64,000 nt of DNA from Candidatus Binatia bacterium (GTDB lineage Bacteria > Desulfobacterota > Binatia > UBA9968 > JAJDTQ01), in the NCBI GenBank assembly GCA_963666515.2, contig OY762897.2:864001-928000 (forward strand). Direction: 5' to 3'. Position numbers and translations under genes: made by a program. The first letter of the stretch is position 1; each line of letters begins with the position of its first letter. This document shows, in pieces, positions 29,658-40,949 of this stretch. The notes beneath the pieces were generated by a model. The model was not told where the DNA came from. It searched no databases and was given only the letters and a program-made list of their open reading frames with translations.

Positions 29658-32147
29658 TTACCGGTACAGGCGCGGGTCGTCCACGGACGACCTCGGCTTG
29701 CGGATCTGGGGCGTGAGCGACGGCAGGCCCGGACGGGCGCGCAGCATGAAGTCCACCGGAATGAAGTCCTTCAGCAACGGAATCGGCATGCGCACGCCGG
29801 CGTAGGGGCTGGCGGCGTCGTTGCCCACCACCAGTTCGTCCGCCAGGAACGACTTCGGCGCGTCCGCGCGCACGCTGACTCCCGAGGCGGTGACGCTGCC
29901 GCGCACGGTGGGCAGCCCGAGGGCCTTGTGGGGATCGGTTTCCCTGGCGCTCAGAAGCTGGTGGTCGAGAATCGGCGAGCGCGGGTCCGCGTTCCGGCCG
30001 GTGCGCCGGATGAACCGGAGGTCCGCGTCATTGGAGGTGCGGTCCCTTGCCTCGACCTGCATGAGACGGGACGGGAACTCACTGAGCCCGTCGCCGCGGG
30101 TCCGCTCCCGCTTGTCCGCGTCCAGCGCCGCAAGCTCGTAGTGTTTCTCCCGCAGCAGGGTTTCCAGGTTCTCGATGCGACGCTCGGCCACCGGGTAGGT
30201 GCGGGTCTGAACGCCCCACGGGGTGTCGTAGTGCAACATCACCGCGTCGCGGCCCAGGACGTTGAGCCCCTTTTCGGCCAGCTCCACGTTGTCGGACCTG
30301 CCGTCGAACAGCACGGCCTTGAGGCCGAGCCCGCGAGGCCCGTGGAGTTGAGGGTTCTCGGCGAGAAACTGCTTGCTGAGCCTGAGGCCCCGGTTCTCCG
30401 CAGCCGCCAGCCGCGCCAGCAGGCCCTTGGCCTGCTTTCCCGCCGGCGTCTCCGGGTAGTGCTGGATGAGGGCGGCGTACAGGGTCCGTTGCTGCGCCTT
30501 GGAGCCGCTCTTCTCCGCGGCCTTCAGGAGCGTGCGGCCGGCCTTTTCCTCCAGTTCCCGCATTTCGTCCGCCGACAGCTTTCCCGACAGCCGGTAGTAG
30601 TACAGGGCCTTGTGGAGGTGGCCCTTGCCCTCGTAGGCTTTCCCCAGCACTTGGTAGACGTCGCCGGTTTCCTCCGAGTCCGACCGGAAACGGACGTGCC
30701 GGGCGGCGGCGTCCATGACCGTCTGATCCGACACCGGATTGCCGCTGAGCATCTCCAGCAGGTTGCTGCTCACCATCAGGACGTTGGCGGTGCCGAGGGT
30801 GGCGGCTCCGGCAACGCCGTGGGTGATCAACGGCGCGGCGCCGATCAATACGTTCTTTTCCAGGAAATTCCGCCCGAGCAACACGAAGCGTACCTGCTCC
30901 AGGCGATGGCGCGCGCGGGTGCGGTCCAGGACTCCCAGGAGGTTGTACTCCGGGCTGTCCAGCAGGATCCGGGCGCGCTTCTGCTGGCGCTCGGTTGAAC
31001 CGGTGCGGGCGATCTCACCGAGGGTGCGCTTGGCCTCTCCGTGCCGGCCGTTCAGTTCCTGGGCCGCGGCCCGCACGTCCTTGGCCAGGGTGCCCAGGGG
31101 CTCGCCGGCGTAACGCCGCTCCATGTCGCGGGCCCGCTCCGCGGCTCCGGCCGCGTCTCCCCCGGCCAGCGCGTAGAGCAGCGCCCGGACGTCCTTCGAC
31201 TCTTGCGGACCGGGTTCGTAGAGGCCGTCGGCGTCCGCTACCGAGAGTTGCCGGCGCCGCGTTTCCTCGCGCGCCGTCCTGGCGGCGTCGATCTCCCGCA
31301 ATTGCTCGTCAACCTCCCGCGCCTGCGGATCGACGGCGGCTGCCAGTTGCGCATGGAACTCCGCCTCCTCGAGCCGGCCCTCGTCCAGCGCCTGCCCGGC
31401 CTTCTCCACGTGCCGGTGAATCCAGATGCCCTTTCGATCCGCCTCCAGCGCCGTCACCTTCCCGGCTACTTCGCCGCTTCTCGGGTCGTTCGGGAAACGC
31501 TCGACGAAGCGTTTGTAGAACGCCAGGGCCTTGCGTTCGGCCTCCGGCATGCGCGGCGCGCGCGTCCGTTGCACTTCCGTGAAGGCGGTTTCCACCGCCG
31601 CGGTGACGTAGGAACCCGACGCCAGCGTTATCAGGTCCACGGAGGCGAGCAGCCGGTTCAGCAGTGCGTTCCATCGCCCGATGCGGTGCTCGGCCACCAG
31701 CGCCTCGGCCTGTTCCAGCTCGTCTTGGCGCAGGCGGGCGCGGATCAGCCGTTGCGCGGCGTCCGTCGGGGCCTTGGCCAGGGCCTCTTGCTGTGCGTCG
31801 CGGTACGTTTCGCGGTCGGCCACGTTGCCGTGGTGCAGTTCCCGTACGTGGTGGGTCAATCCGCTCGCGTTGCCGCCGCCGGCGACTCTCTCGTCGTCCT
31901 TGTCCTCGAAGTAGCGCACGTGTCCACGCAGCCGCTCCGTGCGATGGGTCAGGGCGTCGACGATGGCCACGCGCACGCGTTGCTCCAGCTCGTCGGGGAA
32001 GTAGCGCTCGGCCGTGGCCGGCGCCTCGAAGGGATCGAAGTCGCGCAGGGGGTCCAGCATCCGCTCGTTCGCCGTCCGCACCGACTGCGCCAGCGCCGAA
32101 GCCGGCAGCACCAGGAGCAGGCAGAGCAGCAACGCACCGGTCTTCAT
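29658..32147 (-). CDS. Large secreted hypothetical protein (829 aa) with TPR-like helices
   Basis: Signal peptide MKTGALLLCLLLVLPASALA; TPR-type motifs FVERFPND and LIQHYPET; ATGA overlap with the upstream gene. Confidence 0.78.
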   Translation of the reverse strand: MKTGALLLCLLLVLPASALAQSVRTANERMLDPLRDFDPFEAPATAERYFPDELEQRVRVAIVDALTHRTERLRGHVRYFEDKDDERVAGGGNASGLTHHVRELHHGNVADRETYRDAQQEALAKAPTDAAQRLIRARLRQDELEQAEALVAEHRIGRWNALLNRLLASVDLITLASGSYVTAAVETAFTEVQRTRAPRMPEAERKALAFYKRFVERFPNDPRSGEVAGKVTALEADRKGIWIHRHVEKAGQALDEGRLEEAEFHAQLAAAVDPQAREVDEQLREIDAARTAREETRRRQLSVADADGLYEPGPQESKDVRALLYALAGGDAAGAAERARDMERRYAGEPLGTLAKDVRAAAQELNGRHGEAKRTLGEIARTGSTERQQKRARILLDSPEYNLLGVLDRTRARHRLEQVRFVLLGRNFLEKNVLIGAAPLITHGVAGAATLGTANVLMVSSNLLEMLSGNPVSDQTVMDAAARHVRFRSDSEETGDVYQVLGKAYEGKGHLHKALYYYRLSGKLSADEMRELEEKAGRTLLKAAEKSGSKAQQRTLYAALIQHYPETPAGKQAKGLLARLAAAENRGLRLSKQFLAENPQLHGPRGLGLKAVLFDGRSDNVELAEKGLNVLGRDAVMLHYDTPWGVQTRTYPVAERRIENLETLLREKHYELAALDADKRERTRGDGLSEFPSRLMQVEARDRTSNDADLRFIRRTGRNADPRSPILDHQLLSARETDPHKALGLPTVRGSVTASGVSVRADAPKSFLADELVVGNDAASPYAGVRMPIPLLKDFIPVDFMLRARPGLPSLTPQIRKPRSSVDDPRLYR

Positions 32148-33067
32148 CGGTTGAGCCTCCTCGTTCGTTCCATGAGCCCCTTCAGGCCTTCGAGCCTGGC
32201 GCCGGCCTCGAGCTTCTCGATCGCGCCGTCCTGCTGAGCCACTTCGGCGTAGAGCTTCATGGCGGACCGGGCGAACCCGTCGAAGGTCTCGATGTCGAAG
32301 TCGAGGCCCTGCGGGTCGTTCCGAAGAGCGTACTCCCTGGCCAAGCTCACGTAGTAGTCGCCGAAGTCCAGCAGGTAGCGGTGGTAGTTCCTGCTGCGCA
32401 CGTGTCGCGACAGGAGCTGGCTGTAGCCGAGCGCCACCAGTTCGTTGCCCTGGTTCAGCCGATGGCGGTTCAGCTCCACGAACGCCACCTTGGCGCGGTC
32501 GATGGCCTCCGCTTCCACCCGCGCCAGGTATTCCAGCGAAGTTCCCTCGTGTTCCCGGACCAACGCGTTCCAGGCCAGGACCACGTCGTCCAGGACTTTC
32601 ATGTACTCGAACGGGTCCTCTTTGGGAAGGGCCGTGCGGGAAATTCGTCGAAACGTCTCCAGCGCTTCGACCCGGCGTTGCGCCGGGTCCGCCAGCTCGC
32701 CGCCGCCGCGCGTCACGTTGCGGTAGTGGCGGATGGCCCGGCCGTAGTCCCGGAGACGCTCGTAGGCGGCGGCCCGGGTGAACTCCACGATGTCGTTGTA
32801 GCCGCTTCCGTGCCTGCGCTGGTAGTCCTCCAGGCGCAGCAGCGTGGCCTTCAGGATGTTGGTGCCGGTCACGTCCTTGGGGACGTCGAACCGGTAGACG
32901 TCCTCGCGCGAGAGCCTTTGGAACTCGTTGATGATTTCCAGCAGGTTCGCCGGTTGCACGTAGCGCGGGTCGGGCGCTTCCGTGCGCGTGCACCCGGCGG
33001 CGCCGAGAAGCAGCAGCGCCCACAGCCAGATCGCGGCTACCGTTTTGTGGTGATGAGCGAATAGCAC
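32144..33067 (-). CDS. Putative TPR-like lipoprotein
   Basis: Hydrophobic stretch and lipobox-like LLLLGAAG-C; helical repeats (AYERLRDYGRAIRHY). GTG start uncertain. Confidence 0.72.
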   Translation of the reverse strand: MLFAHHHKTVAAIWLWALLLLGAAGCTRTEAPDPRYVQPANLLEIINEFQRLSREDVYRFDVPKDVTGTNILKATLLRLEDYQRRHGSGYNDIVEFTRAAAYERLRDYGRAIRHYRNVTRGGGELADPAQRRVEALETFRRISRTALPKEDPFEYMKVLDDVVLAWNALVREHEGTSLEYLARVEAEAIDRAKVAFVELNRHRLNQGNELVALGYSQLLSRHVRSRNYHRYLLDFGDYYVSLAREYALRNDPQGLDFDIETFDGFARSAMKLYAEVAQQDGAIEKLEAGARLEGLKGLMERTRRLNR

Positions 33068-33393
33068 AGGACCAGCTCGCCCTCTTCGGCCGCGAAGTCG
33101 TGGGGGACGCCCCTGGGAATGTGGCAGAGCATGCCGGGGCCGAGCCGGGTGACCTCTCCGGCGGCGCGCAGCCGGCCCCGCCCCCGCAGCACGTGGCAGA
33201 CCACGTCCTTGTCGTCGTGGACGATCTGTCTGGGGTCGGCGGCGGCGGTGGCGCTGAACGAAACCAGGCCGACGTTGAAGCCGTCGCCTTCGATGCATCC
33301 CTTGTGGCGGATCTCCGAGTTGATCTCGGCCAGCTCCGCCAGGGCTTCGTCGACGTTCACGATCGTTGGACCGGACGGTGCATCGCTGGACAC
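33037..33393 (-). CDS. Single-domain cupin protein
   Basis: H....VVCHVLRGRG...LGPG....IPRGVPH; GTG start with GAGGG RBS. Confidence 0.8.
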   Translation of the reverse strand: MSSDAPSGPTIVNVDEALAELAEINSEIRHKGCIEGDGFNVGLVSFSATAAADPRQIVHDDKDVVCHVLRGRGRLRAAGEVTRLGPGMLCHIPRGVPHDFAAEEGELVLCYSLITTKR

Positions 33394-33422
33394 GGCAACC
33401 CTCTGCTTCCTCCGGCCGCGGC

Positions 33423-34361
33423 CTACGCCGCCGGTTCCGAGATGTGGCGCAGGATCGCGTCGACCGCTCGCCCGGCTTCGCCGTCCGGCACCCTGCACGA
33501 CCCCACCACCCGGTGGCCGCCGCCGCCGTAGCGGCTCAGCAGGTCGCCGACGTTGACCGTGGAGGTGGTGTTGAAGATGTTGTACCCCACCGAGATGGCG
33601 GTGGTGCGGGCGCGCTGCGGGTCGCGGGAGATCTTCATGGAGATGTTCCCGTCCGGGAACAGCGTATAGAGCAGGAACCGGTTGGCGTCGGTCAGGTCTT
33701 CGGTATCCCGCAGATCGAGGTAGATGACGTTTCCCCGCAACTCGGCGCGCTCCAGCAGTTGCCGCCGCAGCCGTTCCTGGAGGCTCAGGACGCGGTCGCA
33801 GCGCGCGCGTACCTCCGGGTCGTCCAGGACCTCGTCCAGGGTGCGGTCGCGAACGAGGTCGATGAGGCGGCGCCAGTAGGGCTCCTCGGCGCTTTCCTTG
33901 CCGTAGATGGTCATGGAGACCAGCACGTAGCCCGCGGGATGGAGCACGTCGTCGCGGGTCAGGGTGCCGCCGTCGATCTTGTCGGTGTCCCGCAGCAGCT
34001 CGGTCACGCGGCCGGTGCGCATCATGCCCAGGCCCGACTCGTAGCGCGGCGAGCCGCCGGGCACTTGGGTATAGTACTCGTACACCACCCGGGCCGCGCT
34101 CGGCGCCATGCGGAAGGCGCCGCGCCCGGCCACCACCGGGCGGTCGAAGCCGGCGGCGCCGTTGGTGAAGTGGTGGTCGAACCACAGCGTGCAGGCCGGA
34201 TGATAGGGGAGGTTGGCGATGATGTCGCCCTCGCGTATGTCCACGGCGCCGTCCTGCATGAACTTGGGCTCCACGAACAGGTAGGAGTCGATGTCCTCCA
34301 GCGCGGTGATGAGGGCGCCGCAGACGATGCCGTCGAAGTCGGGTCGCGTGACCAGCCTCAT
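33423..34361 (-). CDS. DHH-family phosphoesterase (exopolyphosphatase/nanoRNase-like)
   Basis: RLVTRPDFDG, EPK.MQDG, FDHH, PSAARV and GGGGH motifs; ATGA overlap with ald. Confidence 0.88.
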   Translation of the reverse strand: MRLVTRPDFDGIVCGALITALEDIDSYLFVEPKFMQDGAVDIREGDIIANLPYHPACTLWFDHHFTNGAAGFDRPVVAGRGAFRMAPSAARVVYEYYTQVPGGSPRYESGLGMMRTGRVTELLRDTDKIDGGTLTRDDVLHPAGYVLVSMTIYGKESAEEPYWRRLIDLVRDRTLDEVLDDPEVRARCDRVLSLQERLRRQLLERAELRGNVIYLDLRDTEDLTDANRFLLYTLFPDGNISMKISRDPQRARTTAISVGYNIFNTTSTVNVGDLLSRYGGGGHRVVGSCRVPDGEAGRAVDAILRHISEPAA

Positions 34362-35476
34362 GCGCAGAGGACCTCGTCCACCGGCTTGAGCGGCACCTGC
34401 AACGCGCTGGCGACGCCGGCGTGGGTCACCCGCCCGTCGTGGACGTTGAGCCCCCGCGCCAGCGCCCGGTTCTCCTGCATGGCGCGCCGGAGCCCGTTGT
34501 CGGCGATGGCGAGGCCGTAGGACAGCGTGGCGTTGGTCAGGGCGTAGGTGGCGGTGTGGGGCACCAGCGCCGGCATGTTGGTGACGCAGTAGTGCACCAC
34601 CCGCTCCTCGACGTAGACGGGGTCGCGGTGGGTGGTGGGCCGGGAGGTCTCGGCGAAGCCCCCCTGGTCGATGGAGACGTCGACGATGGCGGCGCCCCGC
34701 TTCATCCGTCTGACGCGGTCCCTCCCCAGCAGCATGGGGGTCCGGTCCCCGGTAATGAGCACGGAGCCGATCAGCAGGTCCGCGCCGACGATCTCCTCCT
34801 CCAGGTTGGCCTGGTTGGACATGAGGGTGGTCAGCCGCCCGCCGAGGATGTCGTGGATGTAGCGCAGCCGGGCGGGGTTCACGTCCAGCACGCTCACGTC
34901 GGCGCCCATGCCGGCGGCGACCTGGCATGCCGAGGCCCCCACGCTCCCCGCTCCCAGCACCACCACCTTCCCCGGCCGGACCCCGGAGGCGCCGCCCAGC
35001 AGCACCCCCCGGCCGCCGTTCTCCGATTGCAGGCACCAAGCCCCCACCTGGAGCGACAGCCGCCCGGCGATCTCGCTCATGGGCGTCAGGAGCGGCAGGG
35101 AGCCGTCGTCGAACGCGATGGTCTCGTAGCCGACCGCGGTGACGCCCGTCTGGCACAGCGTCGTGGCCAGCTCCGGCAGCGCCGCGAGGTGGAGATAGGT
35201 GAAGAGCGTCAAGTCCGGCCTCAGGTGGCCGAACTCCTCGGGCACCGGCTCCTTGACCTTCATGACCAGGTCGGACCGGCTCCAGACCTCTCCGGCGCGG
35301 TCCACCACCGTGGCGCCGGTGGCCGTGTAGGCCCGGTTGGGGATGTGGCTGCCGCGGCCGGCGTTGCGTTCCACCAGCACCTGGTGGCCGTGGGCGATGA
35401 AGGCCGCGGCTCCCGCGGGCGTTAGCGCGACCCTGTTTTCCTCGATTTTCAACTCTTTGGGCACGCCTACGACCAT
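34358..35476 (-). CDS. ald: Alanine dehydrogenase
   Basis: GVPKE.K..ENRV.LTP, KVKEP, FTYLHLAA, LPLL.PMSEIAGR, DVSIDQGG, HYCV.NMP. Confidence 0.95.
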   Translation of the reverse strand: MVVGVPKELKIEENRVALTPAGAAAFIAHGHQVLVERNAGRGSHIPNRAYTATGATVVDRAGEVWSRSDLVMKVKEPVPEEFGHLRPDLTLFTYLHLAALPELATTLCQTGVTAVGYETIAFDDGSLPLLTPMSEIAGRLSLQVGAWCLQSENGGRGVLLGGASGVRPGKVVVLGAGSVGASACQVAAGMGADVSVLDVNPARLRYIHDILGGRLTTLMSNQANLEEEIVGADLLIGSVLITGDRTPMLLGRDRVRRMKRGAAIVDVSIDQGGFAETSRPTTHRDPVYVEERVVHYCVTNMPALVPHTATYALTNATLSYGLAIADNGLRRAMQENRALARGLNVHDGRVTHAGVASALQVPLKPVDEVLCA

Positions 35477-35608
35477 GGATTCATTGGTACGTGAGCGCCC
35501 ATGGAGTGTCAAGAAGGCCCCGGCGGCTCGATGACCTCGCAACTTCATTGACCTTGCAACCCCGGCGTGTTAACCGGAAATTTGACACCCTGACGGGAGC
35601 GCAACACG

Positions 35609-36454
35609 ATGATCATAGACGGCAAGGCGGTGGCGAAGCAGGTGCGCGACGAGGTGCGGGAGGAGACGGAGCGGCTGCGGAACGCTCACGGCGTCGTCCC
35701 CGGTCTCGGCGTGGTGCTGGTGGGGGACGACCCCGCCTCCCGCATCTACGTGCGGAACAAGGAGAAGGCGTGCGCCGAGGTGGGCATCCGCTCGGTGGAG
35801 CACCTGCTCCCGGCCTCCGTGACCCAGCACGAGCTGCTCGACCTGATCGGCCGTCTCAACGAGGATCCGGCCATACACGGCATTCTTGTCCAGTTGCCCC
35901 TGCCCGAACACATCGCCGCCGGCCGCATTCTGGAGGCGGTCTCTCCGCGCAAGGACGTGGACGGCTTTCACCCGGTCAACCAGGGGCTGCTGCTCTCCGG
36001 CGGCGCCGGTTTCAGGCCCTGCACGCCCCTGGGGATCATGAGGATGCTGGATTCCGTGGGCTGCGAGTTGAAGGGCAAGAACGCGGTCGTGGTGGGCCGC
36101 AGCAACATCGTCGGCAAGCCCGTGGCCCTCATGCTGCTGGAGCGCCACGCCACCGTGACCCTGTGCCATTCGCGGACCGCGGACCTGGCCGCGGAGGTGG
36201 GCCGCGCGGACGTGGTGGTGGCCGCGGTGGGCAAGGCCCACGCCATTCGCGGCGAGTGGATCAAGCCCGGCGCGGTAGTCATCGACGTCGGCATCAACCG
36301 GCTGTCCACCGGCAAGCTGGTGGGCGACGTGGAGTTCGAGCCGGCCCGGGAGCGCGCGTCATGGATCTCGCCGGTGCCGGGGGGCGTCGGACCCATGACT
36401 ATCTGCATGCTGCTGTCCAACACCCTGCTGTCGGCGCAACGATCTCTGGAATAG
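35609..36454 (+). CDS. folD: Bifunctional methylenetetrahydrofolate dehydrogenase/cyclohydrolase
   Basis: [40 protein letters not shown]. Confidence 0.97.
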   Translation: MIIDGKAVAKQVRDEVREETERLRNAHGVVPGLGVVLVGDDPASRIYVRNKEKACAEVGIRSVEHLLPASVTQHELLDLIGRLNEDPAIHGILVQLPLPEHIAAGRILEAVSPRKDVDGFHPVNQGLLLSGGAGFRPCTPLGIMRMLDSVGCELKGKNAVVVGRSNIVGKPVALMLLERHATVTLCHSRTADLAAEVGRADVVVAAVGKAHAIRGEWIKPGAVVIDVGINRLSTGKLVGDVEFEPARERASWISPVPGGVGPMTICMLLSNTLLSAQRSLE

Positions 36455-36459
36455 CTGTC

Positions 36460-37548
36460 ATGGCCGCGGAAGCGGAGACGCAAGCGCTCAGGAGAACTCC
36501 CGTCCACGCCCGCCACGTGGCTCTCGGAGCCCGCATGGTGGAGTTCGCGGGATGGGAGATGCCGGTCCAGTACCGGGGCATCCAGGCCGAGCACGCTGCG
36601 GTGCGGTCACGGGCCGGGCTCTTCGACGTGAGCCACATGGGCGAGATCGAGGTGTCGGGCGCCGGCGCCTCGCGGTTCTGCCAGCATGTCACCACCAACG
36701 ACGTCCGGCGCCTCGACCCATCGCAGGCGCAGTACACGCTGTTGCTGAACGACCGCGCCGGGGTCATCGACGACCTGGTGATCTTCCGGCTGGAGGCCGA
36801 GCGCTACCTGCTGTGCGTCAACGCCTCCCGGCGGGAGGTGGACTTCGAGTGGCTGGCAGGCCACGCAGGGGACGGCGTGACGGTGCGCGACGTGAGCGAT
36901 TCCTATGCGCTGCTGGCGCTCCAGGGACCGGCAACGGAGGATATCCTCCAGCCCCTGACCGCGGCGGAGCTGTCCGCGGTGAAGCCGTTCAACTTCGTCA
37001 CGGCCGAGGTGAGCGGGGTGCGCTGCATGGTTTCGCGCACGGGGTACACCGGCGAGGACGGCTTCGAGCTGTACTGCCCGGCCGAAGACGGAGCCCGGTT
37101 GTGGGACGCCCTGGTGGATGCCGGCGAAGTGGAGCCCGCCGGTCTGGGCGCCAGGGACACGCTCCGGCTCGAGAAAGGGTTCGCGCTCTACGGCCACGAG
37201 ATCGACGAGACCACCACCCCGCCGGAAGCCCGGCTCGGGTGGGTCGCCAAGCTGGACAAGGGTCCGTTCATCGGGTCGGACGTGCTGTCCCGGAAGGAGC
37301 CGTTGCAGCGCCGGCTGGCGGGCCTGGAGATGGCGGACGCGGGCATCGCCCGGCAGGGCTACCGGATATTCCAGGACGACCGCGAGGTCGGACGGGTCAC
37401 CAGCGGGACGCTGTCTCCCACCCTGGGCAAGGCCATCGCCCTGGGGTACGTGCCGGCCGACGCCGCGGCGGTCGGCGCCGAGGTGCGGGTGGAGATCCGC
37501 CGCCGCCGGGTCCCGGCCCGTATCGTCCGCGTGCCTTTCGTGCGATAG
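36460..37548 (+). CDS. gcvT: Glycine cleavage system T protein (aminomethyltransferase)
   Basis: [40 protein letters not shown]. Confidence 0.96.
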   Translation: MAAEAETQALRRTPVHARHVALGARMVEFAGWEMPVQYRGIQAEHAAVRSRAGLFDVSHMGEIEVSGAGASRFCQHVTTNDVRRLDPSQAQYTLLLNDRAGVIDDLVIFRLEAERYLLCVNASRREVDFEWLAGHAGDGVTVRDVSDSYALLALQGPATEDILQPLTAAELSAVKPFNFVTAEVSGVRCMVSRTGYTGEDGFELYCPAEDGARLWDALVDAGEVEPAGLGARDTLRLEKGFALYGHEIDETTTPPEARLGWVAKLDKGPFIGSDVLSRKEPLQRRLAGLEMADAGIARQGYRIFQDDREVGRVTSGTLSPTLGKAIALGYVPADAAAVGAEVRVEIRRRRVPARIVRVPFVR

Positions 37549-37580
37549 TGGCGGAAGGGCTCGCCGCCAAGGAGGAACAG

Positions 37581-37988
37581 ATGGAGTACCCGAAGGGTCT
37601 GAGGTATTCGAGGGAGCACGAGTGGGTGTCGGTGGAGGACGGCGACAGCGGGATCATCGGCATCACGGACTTCGCCCAGAACGAACTGGGCGACGTGGTC
37701 TACGTGGAGGCGCCGGAGGTCGGGGAGAAGATCAGCAAGGACGACCCGTTCGGCGCGGTGGAGTCGGTGAAGGCGGTGTCGGACCTCTACGCCCCGGTGA
37801 GCGGCACCGTGACCGAGGTCAACGACGCGCTCCCCGACACGCCGGAACTCATCAACGAAGACCCCTACGGGGAAGGCTGGATCATCAAGGTCACGCTGTC
37901 GGATCCCGACGAGCTGGACGATCTGATGACGCCGGAGGAATACACGGAGTACTGCGAAGGCGAGCAGGATGACGACGACGGCGACTGA
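37581..37988 (+). CDS. gcvH: Glycine cleavage system H protein
   Basis: HEWV, GITDFAQ..LGDVVYV, lipoyl motif [17 protein letters not shown]; AGGAGG RBS. Confidence 0.96.
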   Translation: MEYPKGLRYSREHEWVSVEDGDSGIIGITDFAQNELGDVVYVEAPEVGEKISKDDPFGAVESVKAVSDLYAPVSGTVTEVNDALPDTPELINEDPYGEGWIIKVTLSDPDELDDLMTPEEYTEYCEGEQDDDDGD

Positions 37989-38008
37989 CTCCTGCTGAGG
38001 AGCATGCC

Positions 38009-40900
38009 GTGGATCACGCGGATCACAGGAAATCGTTTCGGGAGCTGTTCTCGTCGCGGCACATCGGCCCGAGCGCGGCCGAGATCCGGGAGATGCTCGC
38101 GGCCCTGGGCCTGGAGTCCCTGGAAGAGCTGGTGGACCGCGCGGTGCCGGAAAGCATCCGGTTTTCGGGCGGCCTGGACCTGCCCGCGCCCCTGACCGAG
38201 GAACAGCTCCTGCGCGAGGCCCGGGGCTTGGCCGGCGCCAACCGCCCCGCCCGGTCGTACATCGGCATGGGCTACTACGACTGCTACACGCCCGCGGTCA
38301 TCCTCCGCAACATCCTGGAGAACCCGGGCTGGTACACCGCCTACACGCCCTACCAGCCGGAGATCGCGCAGGGCCGCCTGGAGGCCCTGCTGAACTTCCA
38401 GACCATGGTCACCGACTTGACGGCCATGGACATCGCCAACGCCTCCCTGCTGGACGAAGGGACCGCGGCCGCGGAGGCCGTGTTCCTGGCCTTCAACCTG
38501 GAACACGGACGCGCGCGCGGCGCCGCTCCGCGCTGCAAGCTGTTCGTCTGCGAGGACTCCTTCCCCCAGACCCTGGAGGTGGTGGGCACCCGCGCCGCGC
38601 CCATCGGCGTGGAACTGGTGACGGACGCCGCGGGCCCGGAGCCGCCGGACGACGCCTTCGCCGGGTTCATCCAGTATCCGGCCGCCAGCGGGGCGATACC
38701 GGACCTGGACGCGTTCGTCCGCGGCTGCCGCGAGCGCGGCATGGCCGCCATCGTGGCCACCGACCTGCTGAGCCTGTGCCTGCTGACCCCTCCGGGGGAA
38801 GTCGGCGCGGACATCGTTGTCGGCAGCGCGCAGCGCTTCGGCGTCCCCATGGGTTTCGGCGGCCCCCACGCCGGCTTTCTCGCCACCCGCGACGAGCACA
38901 AGCGCATGATGCCCGGACGGCTGGTGGGCGTGTCCAGGGACGCCCATGGGGAGCGGGCCCTGCGGCTGGCCTTGCAGACCCGCGAGCAGCATATCCGCCG
39001 CGAGAAGGCCACCAGCAACATCTGCACCGCGCAGGTGCTGCTGGGGGTGATGGCTTCCATGTACGCGGTCTACCACGGCCCTTCCGGACTGCGGAACATC
39101 GCCGAGCGGGTTCATGGCTACACGGCGTTCCTGGCGGAACGGCTGCGGCAGGGCGGGTTCGCGCCCGCGGCGGACGCCTTCTTCGACACCGTGCGGGTGG
39201 CCGTGGACGCGGAGCGGGCCGACGAGATACAGCGTTCGGCCGCGGAGCAGGGCATCAATCTCGGACGGCCGTCCCGCGGACAGTTGCACGTCTCGCTGGA
39301 CGAGACCACCGGCGCGGACGACGTCCGGGACCTCCTGCGGGTGTTCGGCGCGCCGTTGGAGGACGGGGACCCGGCGGTCATGGCGCGGGAAGCGAAGCCG
39401 CACATCCCGGAACGGTGCGTGCGCCGGAGCGGCTACCTGGAGGAGGAGGTGTTCAACCGGCACCACTCCGAGACCCAGATGCTGCGCTACATGGCGCAGC
39501 TCCAGGCCAAGGACCTGAGCTTGGTTCACTCCATGATCCCGCTGGGGTCGTGCACCATGAAGCTCAACGCCACCACCGAGATGATCCCCGTGACCTGGCC
39601 GGAATTCGCCCGGATGCACCCCTTCGCTCCCGCGGACCAGACCCGCGGCTATCGCCGGCTGATCGCGCGGCTGGAGGAGTGGCTGGCCGCCATCACCGGC
39701 TTTGCCGGGGTGTCGGTGCAGCCCAACGCCGGCTCCCAGGGCGAGTACTCGGGGCTGCTGGTGATCCGCAAGCATCACGCCGCCAACGGCCAGGGGGAAC
39801 GGGACATCTGCCTCATACCCGCCTCCGCCCACGGCACCAACCCGGCCAGCGCGGTGCTGGCGGGCATGAGCGTGGTGGTGGTGGACTGCGATGACGACGG
39901 CAACATCGACCTGGACGACCTGCGCGCCAAAGCCGACCGGTCCGCCGGCCGTCTCGCCGCGCTGATGGTCACCTATCCGTCCACCCACGGCGTGTTCGAG
40001 GAAGGCATCACGGACATCTGCCGCGTCATCCACGAACGAGGCGGCCAAGTCTACCTGGACGGCGCCAACCTGAACGCGCTCGTGGGCGTGTGCCGGCCGG
40101 GGCGCATCGGCCCGGACGTCTGCCACCTGAACCTGCACAAGACGTTCTGCATCCCGCACGGAGGCGGCGGCCCCGGCGTCGGGCCGCTGGCGGTGGGCGA
40201 GCACCTCGTGAAGTTCCTGCCCGCGCACGGAGTGGTGCCCGAGTGCGGCCCCGCCGAGGGCATCACCGCAGTCTCCTCCGCGCCCTGGGGCAGCGCCGGC
40301 ATCCTGCCGATCTCGTGGGCGTACATCGCCATGATGGGCCCTGCGGGCCTGACCCGGGCCACCCAGGTGGCGGTGCTCAACGCCAACTACATCGCGCACC
40401 GGCTGTCGTCGGACTACCGGGTCCTCTACCGCGGCAAGAACGGCATGGTGGCCCACGAGTGCATCGTCGACGTGCGCCCGTTCAAGGCATCCGCCAACGT
40501 GACCGTGGACGACGTGGCCAAGCGGCTCATGGACTACGGGTTCCATGCGCCGACCATGTCGTTTCCGGTGGCGGGCACGCTGATGATCGAGCCGACGGAA
40601 AGCGAATCGCTGGAGGAGCTGGACCGCTTCTGCGACGCCATGCTCGCCATCCGCGAGGAGATACGGGAGATCGAGGCGGGGGAGGCCGACCCCGGCGACA
40701 ACGTGCTCAAGAACGCGCCGCACAGCGCCGGCCACCTGCTTTCCGACGACTGGCGGCATCCCTATTCGCGGGACAAGGCGGCCTTCCCGCGGGAGTGGGT
40801 GAGGGAGCGCAAGTTCTGGCTTCCGGTGGGCCGGGTGGACAACGCCTACGGCGACCGGAACCTGGTCTGCACCTGTGCGCCGGTGTCGGCCTACGCCTGA
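38009..40900 (+). CDS. gcvP: Glycine dehydrogenase (decarboxylating), single-chain P protein
   Basis: [57 protein letters not shown]. Confidence 0.97.
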   Translation: MDHADHRKSFRELFSSRHIGPSAAEIREMLAALGLESLEELVDRAVPESIRFSGGLDLPAPLTEEQLLREARGLAGANRPARSYIGMGYYDCYTPAVILRNILENPGWYTAYTPYQPEIAQGRLEALLNFQTMVTDLTAMDIANASLLDEGTAAAEAVFLAFNLEHGRARGAAPRCKLFVCEDSFPQTLEVVGTRAAPIGVELVTDAAGPEPPDDAFAGFIQYPAASGAIPDLDAFVRGCRERGMAAIVATDLLSLCLLTPPGEVGADIVVGSAQRFGVPMGFGGPHAGFLATRDEHKRMMPGRLVGVSRDAHGERALRLALQTREQHIRREKATSNICTAQVLLGVMASMYAVYHGPSGLRNIAERVHGYTAFLAERLRQGGFAPAADAFFDTVRVAVDAERADEIQRSAAEQGINLGRPSRGQLHVSLDETTGADDVRDLLRVFGAPLEDGDPAVMAREAKPHIPERCVRRSGYLEEEVFNRHHSETQMLRYMAQLQAKDLSLVHSMIPLGSCTMKLNATTEMIPVTWPEFARMHPFAPADQTRGYRRLIARLEEWLAAITGFAGVSVQPNAGSQGEYSGLLVIRKHHAANGQGERDICLIPASAHGTNPASAVLAGMSVVVVDCDDDGNIDLDDLRAKADRSAGRLAALMVTYPSTHGVFEEGITDICRVIHERGGQVYLDGANLNALVGVCRPGRIGPDVCHLNLHKTFCIPHGGGGPGVGPLAVGEHLVKFLPAHGVVPECGPAEGITAVSSAPWGSAGILPISWAYIAMMGPAGLTRATQVAVLNANYIAHRLSSDYRVLYRGKNGMVAHECIVDVRPFKASANVTVDDVAKRLMDYGFHAPTMSFPVAGTLMIEPTESESLEELDRFCDAMLAIREEIREIEAGEADPGDNVLKNAPHSAGHLLSDDWRHPYSRDKAAFPREWVRERKFWLPVGRVDNAYGDRNLVCTCAPVSAYA

Positions 40901-40949
40901 AGGCCGTCCACGTCTGTCAATGTCGCCTCTTTTGGGTTAGAGTGACCTC

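Noticed and set aside
29658-33023. 1121-aa version of the secreted TPR protein
   Set aside because: The first 292 codons overlap the lipoprotein gene out of frame; the signal peptide and ATGA coupling place the start at 32147.
35477-36459. Glycine riboswitch ahead of gcvT
   Set aside because: folD ends 5 bp before gcvT, and the 132-bp ald-folD spacer shows no glycine aptamer consensus.
35491-37548. Apparent 685-aa extended GcvT
   Set aside because: The extension is an alternative frame over folD; GcvT homology begins at ATG 36460.
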